A DNA stretch of 64,000 nt from Bacteroidales bacterium (GTDB lineage: Bacteria; Bacteroidota; Bacteroidia; Bacteroidales; UBA932): positions 13,102 through 77,101 of the forward strand of contig JAFTDE010000060.1 in assembly GCA_017454335.1 (NCBI GenBank), in the 5' to 3' direction. The translations under genes were made by a program, and so were the position numbers. The notes under the pieces are model-generated. The model was not told where the DNA came from. It was given only the letters and a program-made list of their open reading frames with translations, and ran no database searches. Within the stretch, counting starts at the first letter, position 1; every line of letters begins with the position of its first letter. This document shows positions 1 through 10,267 of the stretch, piece by piece.

Positions 1-317
1 AACAGGCGCGGCAGGTCGGCGGGATTGTGGGAGAAGTCGGCGTCCATTTCGCAGACGTAATCGAATCCGTGTTCGAGGGCCCATTTGAAGCCGGTCAGGT
101 ACGCCGTGCCCAGGCCCAGTTTCCCGGTCCGCTGCAGCAGGAACAGCCGGTCGGCGAATTCGCCCTGCAGGCCCTTGACCGCCTCGGCTGTGCCGTCGGG
201 CGATCCGTCGTCGATCACCAGGATGTGGAATTCACCGGGCAACGCGAAGACGGCGCGCGTGATCTTCTCGATGTTCTCGATTTCGTTGTAGGTCGGTATG
301 ATGACAAGCTTTTTCAT
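1..317 (-). CDS. Polyprenol monophosphomannose synthase (DPM1-like GT2), partial, runs off the window edge
   Basis: Not in the ORF track; manual translation from ATG at 317 gives MKKLVIIPTYNEIENIEKITRAVFALPGEFHILVIDDGSPDGT...EMDADFSHNP, with GT2 IPTYNE, DDGSPDGT and DAD motifs. TATATTTG box at 339-346 on the minus strand. Confidence 0.9.
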   Translation of the reverse strand, partial: MKKLVIIPTYNEIENIEKITRAVFALPGEFHILVIDDGSPDGTAEAVKGLQGEFADRLFLLQRTGKLGLGTAYLTGFKWALEHGFDYVCEMDADFSHNPADLPRL

Positions 318-371
318 ATCGCTTCGGTTTGTATCATACAAATATATGCAAATTTTGCGTACATTTACTGT

Positions 372-1694
372 ATGATTTCGAGATTCGACATTTCCGCGCG
401 GCCTTCCAGTGAAGAGATCCGCCGCATCGCAGCCAGCACAGAAGGCGATTTTACCCTGTTGTATACCAAACCGACCGAACTCCAGTTTGTCGACCGCGCC
501 CTCGAGCGCATGGTCCAGGTGGCCGAATACACCGGCGCTGCCATGGTCTATGCCGACCATTTCAACCGGGTGGGCGAGCTGGTGACCGAAGCCCCGGTGA
601 TCGACTACCAGGCCGGCGCGCTGCGGGACGATTTCGATTTCGGCGGCGTCCAGCTGTACCGGAGCAGCGCCCTGCGCGAGGCGGCCGCCCGGATGACGGA
701 GGATTACAAGTACGCCGGGCTGTATGACCTGCGCCTGAAAGTCTCGCAGAAGGGGAGTCTGGTCCACATCAACGAGTACCTCTATTTCGAGGTCGAGACG
801 GATACGCGCAAGTCCGGCGAGAAGCTCTTCGATTACGTGGACCCGCGCAACCGGGAAGTCCAGATCGAGATGGAGCGCGCCTGCACCGGGCACCTGCGCG
901 ACATCGGCGCCCTGCTGCGCCCGCCGTTCCGGGACGTGGACCTGTCGGAAGGGGAGTTCCGATATGAGGCTTCCGTCGTGATCCCGTGCCGGAACCGGGT
1001 CCGGACCATCGCCGACGCCATCCGCTCCGCACTGGGCCAGAAGACGGATTTCCCCTACAATGTCATCGTCGTGGACGACCACAGCACGGACGGGACCGTG
1101 GATGAGATCCGGCGTTTCACCGGGGATCCGCGCCTCGTCTTCATCCAGCAGGGTCCCGGTTACCATGCCATCGGCGGCAACTGGAATGCGGCCATCGCCC
1201 ATCCGGACTGCGGACGTTTCGCCTTGCAGTTGGACTCGGACGATGTCTATTCCGACGAGAATACGGTGCAGCGGTTCGTGGATGCCTTCCGCGCCCAGAA
1301 GGCCGCGATGATCATCGGTACGTACCGGATCACGGACTTCGACCTGAACACCATTCCGCCGGGCGTCATCGACCATCGCGAGTGGACGGACGACAACGGC
1401 ATGAACAACGCCCTGCGCATCAACGGGCTGGGCGCGCCGCGCGGGTTCTGGACCCCGCTGCTGCGCCGGATCGGATTCCCGGTCGTCAAGTACGGCGAGG
1501 ATTACGCCGTGGCGCTGCGCATCTGCCGCGAGTACCGCATCGGGCGCATCTACGACGTGATGTACAACTGCCGGCGCTGGGATGACAACTCCGATGCGTC
1601 GTTGTCCGTCGAGAAGACCAATCTCAACAACACCTACAAAGACCGCATCCGCACCTGGGAACTCCAGGCACGGATGCGCATGCTGAAGGGATAA
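372..1694 (+). CDS. Glycosyltransferase family 2 protein
   Basis: SVVIPCRNR, VVDDHSTDGT, QLDSDD and GEDY motifs. Start moved to ATG 372 because the 27-371 extension overlaps the opposite-strand gene. Confidence 0.85.
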   Translation: MISRFDISARPSSEEIRRIAASTEGDFTLLYTKPTELQFVDRALERMVQVAEYTGAAMVYADHFNRVGELVTEAPVIDYQAGALRDDFDFGGVQLYRSSALREAAARMTEDYKYAGLYDLRLKVSQKGSLVHINEYLYFEVETDTRKSGEKLFDYVDPRNREVQIEMERACTGHLRDIGALLRPPFRDVDLSEGEFRYEASVVIPCRNRVRTIADAIRSALGQKTDFPYNVIVVDDHSTDGTVDEIRRFTGDPRLVFIQQGPGYHAIGGNWNAAIAHPDCGRFALQLDSDDVYSDENTVQRFVDAFRAQKAAMIIGTYRITDFDLNTIPPGVIDHREWTDDNGMNNALRINGLGAPRGFWTPLLRRIGFPVVKYGEDYAVALRICREYRIGRIYDVMYNCRRWDDNSDASLSVEKTNLNNTYKDRIRTWELQARMRMLKG

Positions 1695-1700
1695 GCTCCC

Positions 1701-4700
1701 TTATTTCGCGTCGATCATATTGAACACCAGCTTCTTGGCTACCAGCCCGGCAGCTGATTCGTTCACGATGTTCCCGTAGATATCCAGGGTCGAGAACAGG
1801 ACGGAACCCTTGCCGACAGGCACGATGCCCATGGCCGTGCCGATGTTCATCGGGTAGCTATGGTAGGCGCCGACCAGCAGTTCCTCGCCTTCCATCTCGA
1901 ATCCCATCCGCTCGACGCCGGTGTGGATGAGGGCCTGGTACGGCCAGTTCAGCGCGCTGCCGGCGGGCAGTTCGTTGAAGACGGCGTGGGGCTTGTTGAA
2001 CATCACGCCGCCCAGCCAGTTCGTTCCGACATAGAAATTCCCCTTGAACTGCGCCCGGCTGTTCGCGGCGATGTATTCGGCCCAGTCTTCCGCGCCCTGC
2101 AGGATGAAGATGCGGGTGCCGTCCTGGGCTGCGCGCTCCATCAGCTTCTGCGGATCGGGCATGTCCGGGCTGGGCACGGCCCAGTCCAGACGGCAGCGGG
2201 CGTTGCTGCGGGGATGGCGGAAGAGGATCTCCACCTTGGCGGGAACGCCCGCCTGCAGGGTCGCCTTGCCGTCGGTGCGCTGGCCGCGGCCACTGCTGTA
2301 CACGGTCTCGTCGTTGATCTTCAGTTCGATCTGGCTGCGTCCGTTGCTGGAAGGGAAGAAGGTGTATTCACCGGAGACGGAAGGGTTGACATATCCGATC
2401 CAGCGGATGCCGTAGCCCTGGACCATGTGTACGTGCGGGCTGGGCGTCGCGCCTTCGATGGCGCTCAGGTTGACGGAGTTGGAGATTTCGCGATAGACTT
2501 CCTTGCTGAAGGTCATGTCTTCGTAGTAGATGCACTCCAGGCCGGGTTTTCCGTCCAGGGTCGTGAGCGCGTCGGTCGGAACCATGGTCAGCTGGTCCTG
2601 GCGCGGCGGGCGCGTGACGATGACCCAGTCGAGTTTGCCCAGGCCGTCGGCGTAGGGCTGGACCGCTTCGGCCGTGCGGCCCTCCAGGAAGCGGCGCACG
2701 GTCGATCCGTCCTCATAGACGGCTCCCTGGCCGGCGAGTTCGTTCGAGGCGAGGTTGACGCTCAGCACGTCGTCGTACCCCTCCGTGACCACGGAACCGT
2801 TCCTGAACAGGCGGGCTTCGATGCGGCACAGGCCGCCGTCCTGCGAGACAGGCACCGCGACGTCGCGCAGCAGCAGTTCGCCATAGACTTCACCGCCCGA
2901 GACGTTGACGGGCCAGCGGCCGACGGTGCGGCGGCAGCCGTTCACGTCCAGCGCGCTGACGACCAGTTCATGCGCTCCCTTGACGTCCTTCTCGTTGATG
3001 ATGTAGAAGTCCGTGACGACGGGTTTTCCGGCCTCGGCCACCTGCTGGCGTACCTTGACGGCGATGTACAGCGGCTGGTTGTAGCGGGCGATGATCTTCG
3101 GGTCGGATTTGGGGTTGCGGAAGCAGTCCACGATGCCGGAATAGTTCTCGGTCAGCTCGGATTCCCATCCGTTGGTCACGTAGGCGTCCGTCGTGTTGTT
3201 CATGCGGGCGGATTCGACCTTGCGGCCCTGGTGCTCGAAGGAAACGGAGCCCATGGCCACGCAAAGGTCATCCACGGTCGGGTAGGAGGCCCTCAGGCCC
3301 TTGCGGTCCAGGAAACTGTCGAATTCGTTGTACCAGCGGATGAACTCCGGACCGTCCCAGCCCTTGTACTGCACGTTGGCGAGTTCGATCTTGTTCTTCT
3401 CCAGGCGGGGCGGGGAAGAGATGGCGCCCTCTTCGCCGAAGAAGACGATCTCGCGCTTGTTCTGCGTATTGTTGTAGTAGTCCTCGGGGCTCTTGTACAG
3501 GCCCTCGTTCCAGACGGCAGGACCGCCGGCGCGGTGGTAGTCGTACCATCCGTTCCAGTACACGGTGTCGTCGAAGGGACGCAGGTGGATCTTGGTCTGG
3601 TCGTCGATGTAATCGCCCTTGGCCCAGGCCGATACGCGCAGCGTGATGCGGGAGGGATCCAGCTTGTGCATGTCCTGCATCGCTGCGATTTCCAGCTCCA
3701 GCTTGTCCGGCTGGGAGTCGCCGCCCTCGTTCATCATGGAATAGATGACCAGCGAGGGGTGGCTGCGGTCGCGCAAGACCATGCGAATGGCTTTCTCATG
3801 CAGGATCTTGTTCAGCATGTCCTGCCGGGGGTTGATCCGGAATCCGCCGGGCTCTTCGTAGTACAACAGGCCTAGTTCGTCGGCATAGTCCAGCACGGTC
3901 TCGTAGCCGATGAAGCGGTGGAAGTTCAGGCAGTTCATGCCCAGCTCCTTCGCGATTTCGATCTGGCGGCGGGCCAGTTCGTCGGAAGGGAAGATGCCGT
4001 TGACAGGCCAGAAACTCCAGCTGATGGCGGAACGCAGCACGATGCGCTTGCCATTCAGGCGGAACATCGCGTCTTCGCCCACGCCGCTCGCTTCGAACCA
4101 GCGGAAACCGAAACGGCGGGAAGTCCGGTCGGAAACGGTGCGGCCGCTTGCGAGGCTGACCTGGCAGACGTACAGGTTGGGATCATCGACGCTCCACAGC
4201 CGCACGTCGGCGGGATCGACGACCACCTTCACCTCGTTCGTCCCGCCCTGCAGTTTGCAACTGAGGGTCTTGGTGAAGACGACTTCGTCCGGATTGCGCC
4301 AGTTGTAAACCTGGACCTGGACGTTGCGGGTCTGCGTGCGTCCGGTGGTGTTCTCGATGCTGATGAACGCGTTCGCAACACTCATCTCCGGGGTGTTCTG
4401 CATGTAGATGTCGGACACGTGCACGGCGGGCAGCACTTCCATCCAGATGCGCTGGGTGATGCCGCCGAAACCATGGTCGGGGGGCAGCATCTCGCCGTTC
4501 CAGGGGATGGTCGCCGAATCGCGCCAGTCCAGGTTGCCGCCGGCATCGGTGATGCGGACTGCGAGTTCCACTTCTTCGCCCGGACGGATGAAATCCGTGA
4601 TGTCCGTCACGAAGGGTGTATTGGCAACGATTTGGTAGTCAGCCAGTTTTCTATTGATGAACACTTCGCCCCGGGTACGCAGCGATCCGAAGCGCAGGAC

Positions 4701-5057
4701 GACCCGGTCTCCTTTTTTAAAGGCCGGGGCCTGGAAGCGGCGGGTCCACCAGGTGACGCCGACGATGTCTGCATCCGGGCCGGTTTGTACGGCCAGGTAT
4801 TCCTCGGCGGTGCCGGGCACGTGGACCGGCAGGGCCTGGCTGGAAGTCAGTACATCCCAGCCGGCCGTCGGGCTGGCCTGGGGAAGCGAAAGGGCTTCCT
4901 GGTAAGTCAGTTTCGGGCTTTCTTCGCGCCAGGCGGCGTCTTTGTCCTGCCAGAGGTACCAGCCCTCGCCGGAGAGTTCAGTGCGCTGGCGGTCCTGGGC
5001 CGGCGCATACGCCGCGCCGGACAGCGCGAGAATCAGTAAGAGGAGAAATCTTTTCAT
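1701..5057 (-). CDS. Secreted glycoside hydrolase family 2 with C-terminal PA14-like domain
   Basis: Signal peptide; LWSVDDPNLY, FGFRWF, LNGKRI and RDRSHPSLVIYSMMNE (GH2 acid/base NE) motifs; PA14-like segment YGIRWIGYV..SGEYTF. Confidence 0.85.
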   Translation of the reverse strand: MKRFLLLLILALSGAAYAPAQDRQRTELSGEGWYLWQDKDAAWREESPKLTYQEALSLPQASPTAGWDVLTSSQALPVHVPGTAEEYLAVQTGPDADIVGVTWWTRRFQAPAFKKGDRVVLRFGSLRTRGEVFINRKLADYQIVANTPFVTDITDFIRPGEEVELAVRITDAGGNLDWRDSATIPWNGEMLPPDHGFGGITQRIWMEVLPAVHVSDIYMQNTPEMSVANAFISIENTTGRTQTRNVQVQVYNWRNPDEVVFTKTLSCKLQGGTNEVKVVVDPADVRLWSVDDPNLYVCQVSLASGRTVSDRTSRRFGFRWFEASGVGEDAMFRLNGKRIVLRSAISWSFWPVNGIFPSDELARRQIEIAKELGMNCLNFHRFIGYETVLDYADELGLLYYEEPGGFRINPRQDMLNKILHEKAIRMVLRDRSHPSLVIYSMMNEGGDSQPDKLELEIAAMQDMHKLDPSRITLRVSAWAKGDYIDDQTKIHLRPFDDTVYWNGWYDYHRAGGPAVWNEGLYKSPEDYYNNTQNKREIVFFGEEGAISSPPRLEKNKIELANVQYKGWDGPEFIRWYNEFDSFLDRKGLRASYPTVDDLCVAMGSVSFEHQGRKVESARMNNTTDAYVTNGWESELTENYSGIVDCFRNPKSDPKIIARYNQPLYIAVKVRQQVAEAGKPVVTDFYIINEKDVKGAHELVVSALDVNGCRRTVGRWPVNVSGGEVYGELLLRDVAVPVSQDGGLCRIEARLFRNGSVVTEGYDDVLSVNLASNELAGQGAVYEDGSTVRRFLEGRTAEAVQPYADGLGKLDWVIVTRPPRQDQLTMVPTDALTTLDGKPGLECIYYEDMTFSKEVYREISNSVNLSAIEGATPSPHVHMVQGYGIRWIGYVNPSVSGEYTFFPSSNGRSQIELKINDETVYSSGRGQRTDGKATLQAGVPAKVEILFRHPRSNARCRLDWAVPSPDMPDPQKLMERAAQDGTRIFILQGAEDWAEYIAANSRAQFKGNFYVGTNWLGGVMFNKPHAVFNELPAGSALNWPYQALIHTGVERMGFEMEGEELLVGAYHSYPMNIGTAMGIVPVGKGSVLFSTLDIYGNIVNESAAGLVAKKLVFNMIDAK

Positions 5058-5088
5058 GGGCTATGAAGAATGGATGGTTTCATTCCTT

Positions 5089-5116
5089 CAAATATACGCA
5101 AAAAATCGTAATTTTG
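5089..5116. promoter_or_regulatory. Back-to-back Bacteroidetes -7 boxes for the GH2 and MATE genes
   Basis: CAAATATA at 5089-5096 (TATATTTG on minus) and TAATTTTG at 5109-5116 (plus). Confidence 0.65.
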
Positions 5117-5129
5117 CGCCCTGTAGTGT

Positions 5130-6473
5130 ATGGCCATCGGTAAAACCAAAGAACTCACGGAAGGCAAAACCTTACCGCTCCTTCTGCATTTCTCCATTCC
5201 GCTGCTGCTCGGCGGAATCCTCCAGCAGTTGTACCAGCTGACGGATTCCACCATTGTCAGCCGCTTCCTGGGCGTTGACGCCCTGGCGGCCGTCGGGGCC
5301 AGCACGTCCATCATCTTCCTGATCCTGGGATTCTGCAACGGCTGCGGAGGCGGCATGGCCATTCCCGTCGCCCAGGCTTTCGGGGCCCGGGACTACCGGA
5401 GCGTCCGGCGCAACGTGTTCAACGCCCTGTACGTGACGGCCATCCTGTCCCTGGTCATTGCCGGGACTTCCGCGCTGCTGTGCGGACGGATCCTGCACTG
5501 GATCCGCGTTCCGGCGGACATCCTGCCGAATGCGCAGCGCTATCTGCTGATTATCCTGCTGGGCATTCCCGCGACCTTCTTCTACAACCTGATCGCCAGT
5601 ATCATCCGCTCGCTGGGGGACAGCCAGTCGCCTTTCTGGTTCCTGCTGTTCTCGACCTTCCTGAACATCGCGCTGGACCTGCTGCTGATCATCGTCCTGC
5701 GCTGGGGTGTCGCCGGCGCGGCCATTGCGACGGTGTTCTCGCAGGGACTCTCGGCCGTGCTGTGCTATGTCTTCATGGTCAGCCGCTACGCGATCCTGCG
5801 CGAGTCGAAGGAGGACCGCCGCTTCGACGGACGGACCGCGCTGCGGTTGCTGGGCATCGGCGCCCCGATGGGATTCCAGTTCTCCATCACGGCCATCGGC
5901 AGCATCATGGTCCAGAGTGCGAACAATGCCCTGGGAACGATGTACGTGGCCGCCTTTGCCGCCGGCATGCGCATCAAGATGTTCTTCATGTGCCCGCTGG
6001 AGAGCCTGGGCATGGCGATGACGACCTTCGCGGGGCAGAACCTCGGTGCGGGCCGGATGGACCGCGTGATGTCGGGTGTCAAGTCAGCGCTGCTGATGAT
6101 CGTCATCTACTGCGTGGCCAGCTTCGCGCTTCTGTACCCGACCGCCCCGTGGATGGCGCGCCTGTTCGCCGATGCCTCCGAGACCGGAATCATCGATGCC
6201 GCCGCCCTGTATATCCGCATTTCCGTCATCGGATACTTCATGCTGGGGACCCTGTGCCTGTTCCGCTACACCATCCAGGGCCTGGGCTACACGCATTTCG
6301 CGATGTGGTCCGGCGTGATGGAGATGGTCGCCCGCACCCTGGTCGCCGTCCTGCTGGTCAGCCGCCTGGGATTCACGGCCATCGCCGCCAACGACACCAT
6401 CGCCTGGGTGGCCGCCAACCTGTTCCTGGTCCCTGCGTATTTTTACGTTTTCCGCCGGGTGCAGGCCAAATAA
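5130..6473 (+). CDS. MATE family efflux transporter
   Basis: About 12 TM segments; QQLYQLTDSTIVSRFLG, ALAAVG, RSLGDS..P and GQNLGAG motifs. Confidence 0.92.
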   Translation: MAIGKTKELTEGKTLPLLLHFSIPLLLGGILQQLYQLTDSTIVSRFLGVDALAAVGASTSIIFLILGFCNGCGGGMAIPVAQAFGARDYRSVRRNVFNALYVTAILSLVIAGTSALLCGRILHWIRVPADILPNAQRYLLIILLGIPATFFYNLIASIIRSLGDSQSPFWFLLFSTFLNIALDLLLIIVLRWGVAGAAIATVFSQGLSAVLCYVFMVSRYAILRESKEDRRFDGRTALRLLGIGAPMGFQFSITAIGSIMVQSANNALGTMYVAAFAAGMRIKMFFMCPLESLGMAMTTFAGQNLGAGRMDRVMSGVKSALLMIVIYCVASFALLYPTAPWMARLFADASETGIIDAAALYIRISVIGYFMLGTLCLFRYTIQGLGYTHFAMWSGVMEMVARTLVAVLLVSRLGFTAIAANDTIAWVAANLFLVPAYFYVFRRVQAK

Positions 6474-6558
6474 GGGGCGCCGGGTTTGGATTTTCCAAAT
6501 GGAATTGGCATCTTTATACCCCGAAGTGTATCCGGAAGTTTAATTAAGAATCTCGCAG

Positions 6559-8115
6559 ATGAAAATCACGATCATCGGTGCCGGCAATATGGGAGGGGCG
6601 ACCGCCGTCGGTCTGGCCGCTTCCGGCCGCATCGCACCCGGGGACGTCACCGTGACGGCCCGGCACCTCAAATCGCTCGCGCGCTTCCGCCGCAAGGGCA
6701 TCCAGACCAGTCTGCACAATGCCGAAGCCGTCCGCGGTGCGGACATCGTTTTCTTTGCCGTCAAGCCCTGGCAGATGGAAGGGGTGCTCGCGGAGGTCCG
6801 CTCCGCCCTCGACTATGCGAACCAGCTGCTGGTCAGCATCGCTCCCGGCGTATCCGCCGCAGACCTGTTGCGCTTCCTGGACCGCGGGGACGGCGTGCAG
6901 CCATCCCTCGCTTATGTGATTCCGAATACGGCCATCGAAATCGGGCAGAGCATGACCTTCATCGCGCCGGTTACGGCATCGGAGGCCCAGCTGCAGCTGC
7001 TGCAGGAGCTGTTCTCGCATGTCGGACAGGCCGAGGTCGTCCCGCCGGATCAGATGCTGGCCGGGACCAAGGTGGCCTCGTGCGGCATCGCCTATGCTAT
7101 GCGCTATATCTCCGCATCGGCCGAGGGTGCCCGGGCGCTGGGCCTGCCCGAAGAGAAGATCAATTCCGTCGTCTGCCAGACGGTCAAGGGGGCGGCCGAG
7201 TTGATCGATGCGAACGGGACGGAGCCTGAGACGGAAATCGACCGGGTGACGACGCCGAACGGCATGACCCTCAAGGGTCTTGCCGCCATGGAGTCCGCCG
7301 GATTCTCCGAAGCGGTGCGCAAGGGCCTCGCCGTCAGCACGGGCAAGCGCCGCCGCATCGTCGTCAAGGTCGGCAGCAACGTGCTGACCCGCTCCGACCA
7401 TGCCCTGGATACGACGCGCGTATCCGCCATCGTGGACCAGATCGTAGAAGCCCGCCGCGGGGGCTGCGACGTGGTGCTGGTCACCAGCGGCGCCGTCGCC
7501 TGTGGCCGCGCCCTGATTCCGCTGAACAACAAGCTGGACGAGGTCCAGCAGCGCCAGCTGTACTCCGCCGTGGGGCAGGTGCGGCTGATGGACCTGTACT
7601 ACAAGCTGTTCATGGATTACGGCATCAACGTGGGCCAGGTGCTGACCATGCGGGAGAACTTTACCGGAAAACGCCAGTACACCAACCAGAAGAACTGCAT
7701 GGAAACCATGCTGCAGAGCGGTGTGCTGCCGGTCGTGAACGAGAATGACACCGTCAGCATCACCGAGCTGATGTTCACCGACAACGACGAACTGTCCGGC
7801 CTGGTGGCCGAGATGGTCGGGGCCGACACCCTGATCCTGCTGACCAATGTGGACGGCGTGTATGACGGCGACCCGGCGGATCCCGCCTCGAAGGTGATAC
7901 GCAGCATCCGGGTGGGCGAGGACGCCTCCCGTTTCATCCAGCCTTCCAAGAGTTCCGGCGGGCGGGGCGGCATGCAGTCCAAATACCGGATTGCGGCCCG
8001 GCTGGCCGCCTCCGGTACCCGTGTCATCATTGCCAACGGCACCCGCGAGCGGATCCTGACGGACCTGCTGACGGATCCCGACCATACCGTGCATACTGAA
8101 TTTACCCCTGAATAA
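6559..8115 (+). CDS. proC/proB: Fused pyrroline-5-carboxylate reductase (N-term) and glutamate 5-kinase (C-term)
   Basis: N-half has IGAGNMG, AVKP, IPNTA and VTTPNGMT (ProC). C-half has IVVKVGSNVL, VTSGAV, VNENDT, DNDELS and GRGGMQSK (ProB, no PUA domain). One open frame. Confidence 0.92.
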   Translation: MKITIIGAGNMGGATAVGLAASGRIAPGDVTVTARHLKSLARFRRKGIQTSLHNAEAVRGADIVFFAVKPWQMEGVLAEVRSALDYANQLLVSIAPGVSAADLLRFLDRGDGVQPSLAYVIPNTAIEIGQSMTFIAPVTASEAQLQLLQELFSHVGQAEVVPPDQMLAGTKVASCGIAYAMRYISASAEGARALGLPEEKINSVVCQTVKGAAELIDANGTEPETEIDRVTTPNGMTLKGLAAMESAGFSEAVRKGLAVSTGKRRRIVVKVGSNVLTRSDHALDTTRVSAIVDQIVEARRGGCDVVLVTSGAVACGRALIPLNNKLDEVQQRQLYSAVGQVRLMDLYYKLFMDYGINVGQVLTMRENFTGKRQYTNQKNCMETMLQSGVLPVVNENDTVSITELMFTDNDELSGLVAEMVGADTLILLTNVDGVYDGDPADPASKVIRSIRVGEDASRFIQPSKSSGGRGGMQSKYRIAARLAASGTRVIIANGTRERILTDLLTDPDHTVHTEFTPE

Positions 8116-8116
8116 T

Positions 8117-9358
8117 ATGGTTTCCTCCCTTTTCATCGAAGCCAAGAAGGCCAGCCGTTCCGTCCAGCTCCTCCCGCAGGAGAAGGTCAGCGCCGTGCTG
8201 AACGCCGTCGCCGACGCCATCCTGTCCGAGGGCGCGGCCCTGCTGGAAGCGAACCGGCAGGATCTTTCCCGGATGGACCGTTCCAACCCGTTGTATGACC
8301 GGCTGATGCTGGATGCAGGCCGTCTGGAGGGCATTGCGTCGGACATGCGCCATGTGGCCGCCCTGCCGTCCCCGCTGGGACGCGTCCTGGACGACCGGAC
8401 CCTGCCCAACGGGCTGCACCTGCGCAAGGTCAGCGTTCCTTTCGGCGTGATCGGCGTGATCTATGAGGCACGGCCGAACGTGACTTTCGACGTGTTTTCG
8501 CTCTGCTTCCGGAGCGGCAGCGCGACCCTGCTGAAGGGCGGCCGGGACGCCGAACAGTCCAACCTGGCGGCGGTGGCCCTGATCCGGCGCGTGCTGCGCG
8601 AACAGGGCGTGGACGAGCATGCCGTTTCCCTGCTGCCGGCCACCCACGAGGCTGCGGAAGAACTGCTGGAAGCCAACGGCTATGTCGATCTGGTCATTCC
8701 CCGCGGGGGACGGCGCCTGATCGATTTCGTCCGGGACCACGCCAAGGTGCCCTGCATCGAGACCGGCGCCGGGGTAGTGAATACCTATTTCGACAGGGCG
8801 GGTGACCTGGAGAAGGGCCGGCGCATCGTTACGAACGCCAAAACGCGCCGGGTCAGCGTCTGCAACGCGCTGGACTGCCTGATCATCCACCACGACCGCC
8901 TGCAGGACCTGCCGGAGCTGGTGTCCGCCATGCAGGGCCGGGTGACCCTCTATGCCGACGATCCGGCACTGGAAGCCCTCCGGGGCCGCTATCCGGCCGA
9001 GCGCCTATTCCGCGCGGATGCGGGCGCCTACGGGACGGAATACATGGATTACAAGATGGCCGTCCGGACCGTGGACAGTCTGGATTCGGCCCTCGACCAC
9101 ATCGCCCGCCACGGATCTGGACACAGCGAGTCCATCGTCACGGAAGACGAAGCGGCGGCTGCGCGTTTCCGCGCCGAAGTGGATGCCGCCTGCGTCTATG
9201 TCAATGCGCCGACTTCCTTCACGGACGGAGCGCAGTTCGGGCTGGGTGCGGAAATCGGCATCAGCACCCAGAAACTCGGAGCCCGCGGTCCGATGGGACT
9301 TGCGGAAATCACGACCTACAAATGGCTGATCGACGGAGACGGCCAGACGAGACCCTAA
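8117..9358 (+). CDS. proA: Glutamate-5-semialdehyde dehydrogenase
   Basis: VPFGVIGVIYEARPNVT, SVCNALD and FTDGAQFGLGAEIGISTQKLGARGPMGL motifs. Confidence 0.96.
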   Translation: MVSSLFIEAKKASRSVQLLPQEKVSAVLNAVADAILSEGAALLEANRQDLSRMDRSNPLYDRLMLDAGRLEGIASDMRHVAALPSPLGRVLDDRTLPNGLHLRKVSVPFGVIGVIYEARPNVTFDVFSLCFRSGSATLLKGGRDAEQSNLAAVALIRRVLREQGVDEHAVSLLPATHEAAEELLEANGYVDLVIPRGGRRLIDFVRDHAKVPCIETGAGVVNTYFDRAGDLEKGRRIVTNAKTRRVSVCNALDCLIIHHDRLQDLPELVSAMQGRVTLYADDPALEALRGRYPAERLFRADAGAYGTEYMDYKMAVRTVDSLDSALDHIARHGSGHSESIVTEDEAAAARFRAEVDAACVYVNAPTSFTDGAQFGLGAEIGISTQKLGARGPMGLAEITTYKWLIDGDGQTRP

Positions 9359-9361
9359 ACC

Positions 9362-10267
9362 ATGAAAGTCAGAAGTATCTTGACCTCCATGCGTCTGCGG
9401 ACGCTGCCCCTGTCGCTGGCCGGCATCGTGCTGGGCGTGCTGCTGGCCTTTGCGGACTACCACGTCCGGCCCTGGACCGTCGTCCTGCTGGCCCTGACGA
9501 CGGTTTTCCTGCAGATTCTCAGCAACCTGTCCAATGAACTGGGCGATACCCTGCACGGGGTGGACGCGGAGGACCGCCAGGGCATCCGTTATTCCCTGCA
9601 GGACGGGGACATGACGGTTCCCCAGATGAAGCTGCTGATCGGCATCGTGGTCGCGCTCTGCTGCCTGTCCGGCCTGGCGATGATCCGTGTCTCGTTCGGC
9701 TCCTTCTTCTCGATGCAAGCCATTGCGTTCATCCTGCTGGGTGCCGGGGCGATCTGGGCGGCCATGCACTATACGCTGGGCTCCAATCCCTATGGCTACC
9801 GGGGCCTGGGCGACCTGTTCGTCTTCCTGTTCTTCGGCATTGCGACGGTGTGCGGGGGCTATTACATCTGTACGCACGAGATCCCGTCCTGGATTCTGCT
9901 GCTGCCGGCCGGCGCGGTCGGGTGCTTCAGCGTCGCCGTGCTGAACGTCAACAACATCCGGGATATGAAATCGGACGCCCGCACCCGCGTGACGACGGCG
10001 CTGCGCCTGGGTGCGAAAAAGGCGCGGATCTACCAGACGGTCCTGATCGCGCTGGGCTGGGCGCTGATGATTGCGTACAGCTGCCTGCGCATCTTCTCGT
10101 GCTGGCATTTCCTTTTCGTGCTGACCCTGCCCCTGTACGTGCTGCACCTGCGGGGTGTGTGGACGCGCGAAGACCGGGCCCTGGACCCGATGCTGCCGCT
10201 GCTGGTGATCTCGACCTTCCTGTTCTGCCTGCTGGGCGGACTGGGATTCGTCGTGTATCTGTTCTAG
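9362..10267 (+). CDS. menA: 1,4-dihydroxy-2-naphthoate polyprenyltransferase
   Basis: RLRTLPLS, SNLSNELGD, GYRGLGDLFVF and NVNNIRD..SD UbiA/MenA motifs. Confidence 0.9.
   Translation: MKVRSILTSMRLRTLPLSLAGIVLGVLLAFADYHVRPWTVVLLALTTVFLQILSNLSNELGDTLHGVDAEDRQGIRYSLQDGDMTVPQMKLLIGIVVALCCLSGLAMIRVSFGSFFSMQAIAFILLGAGAIWAAMHYTLGSNPYGYRGLGDLFVFLFFGIATVCGGYYICTHEIPSWILLLPAGAVGCFSVAVLNVNNIRDMKSDARTRVTTALRLGAKKARIYQTVLIALGWALMIAYSCLRIFSCWHFLFVLTLPLYVLHLRGVWTREDRALDPMLPLLVISTFLFCLLGGLGFVVYLF

Noticed and set aside
27-371. N-terminal 115-aa extension of the first ORF
   Set aside because: Antisense shadow of the DPM1-like gene plus promoter DNA; the likely start is 372.
1860-5039. Long plus-strand ORFs (671 and 373 aa) opposite the GH2
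   Set aside because: Stop-poor antisense frames typical of high-GC3 genes; no motifs.
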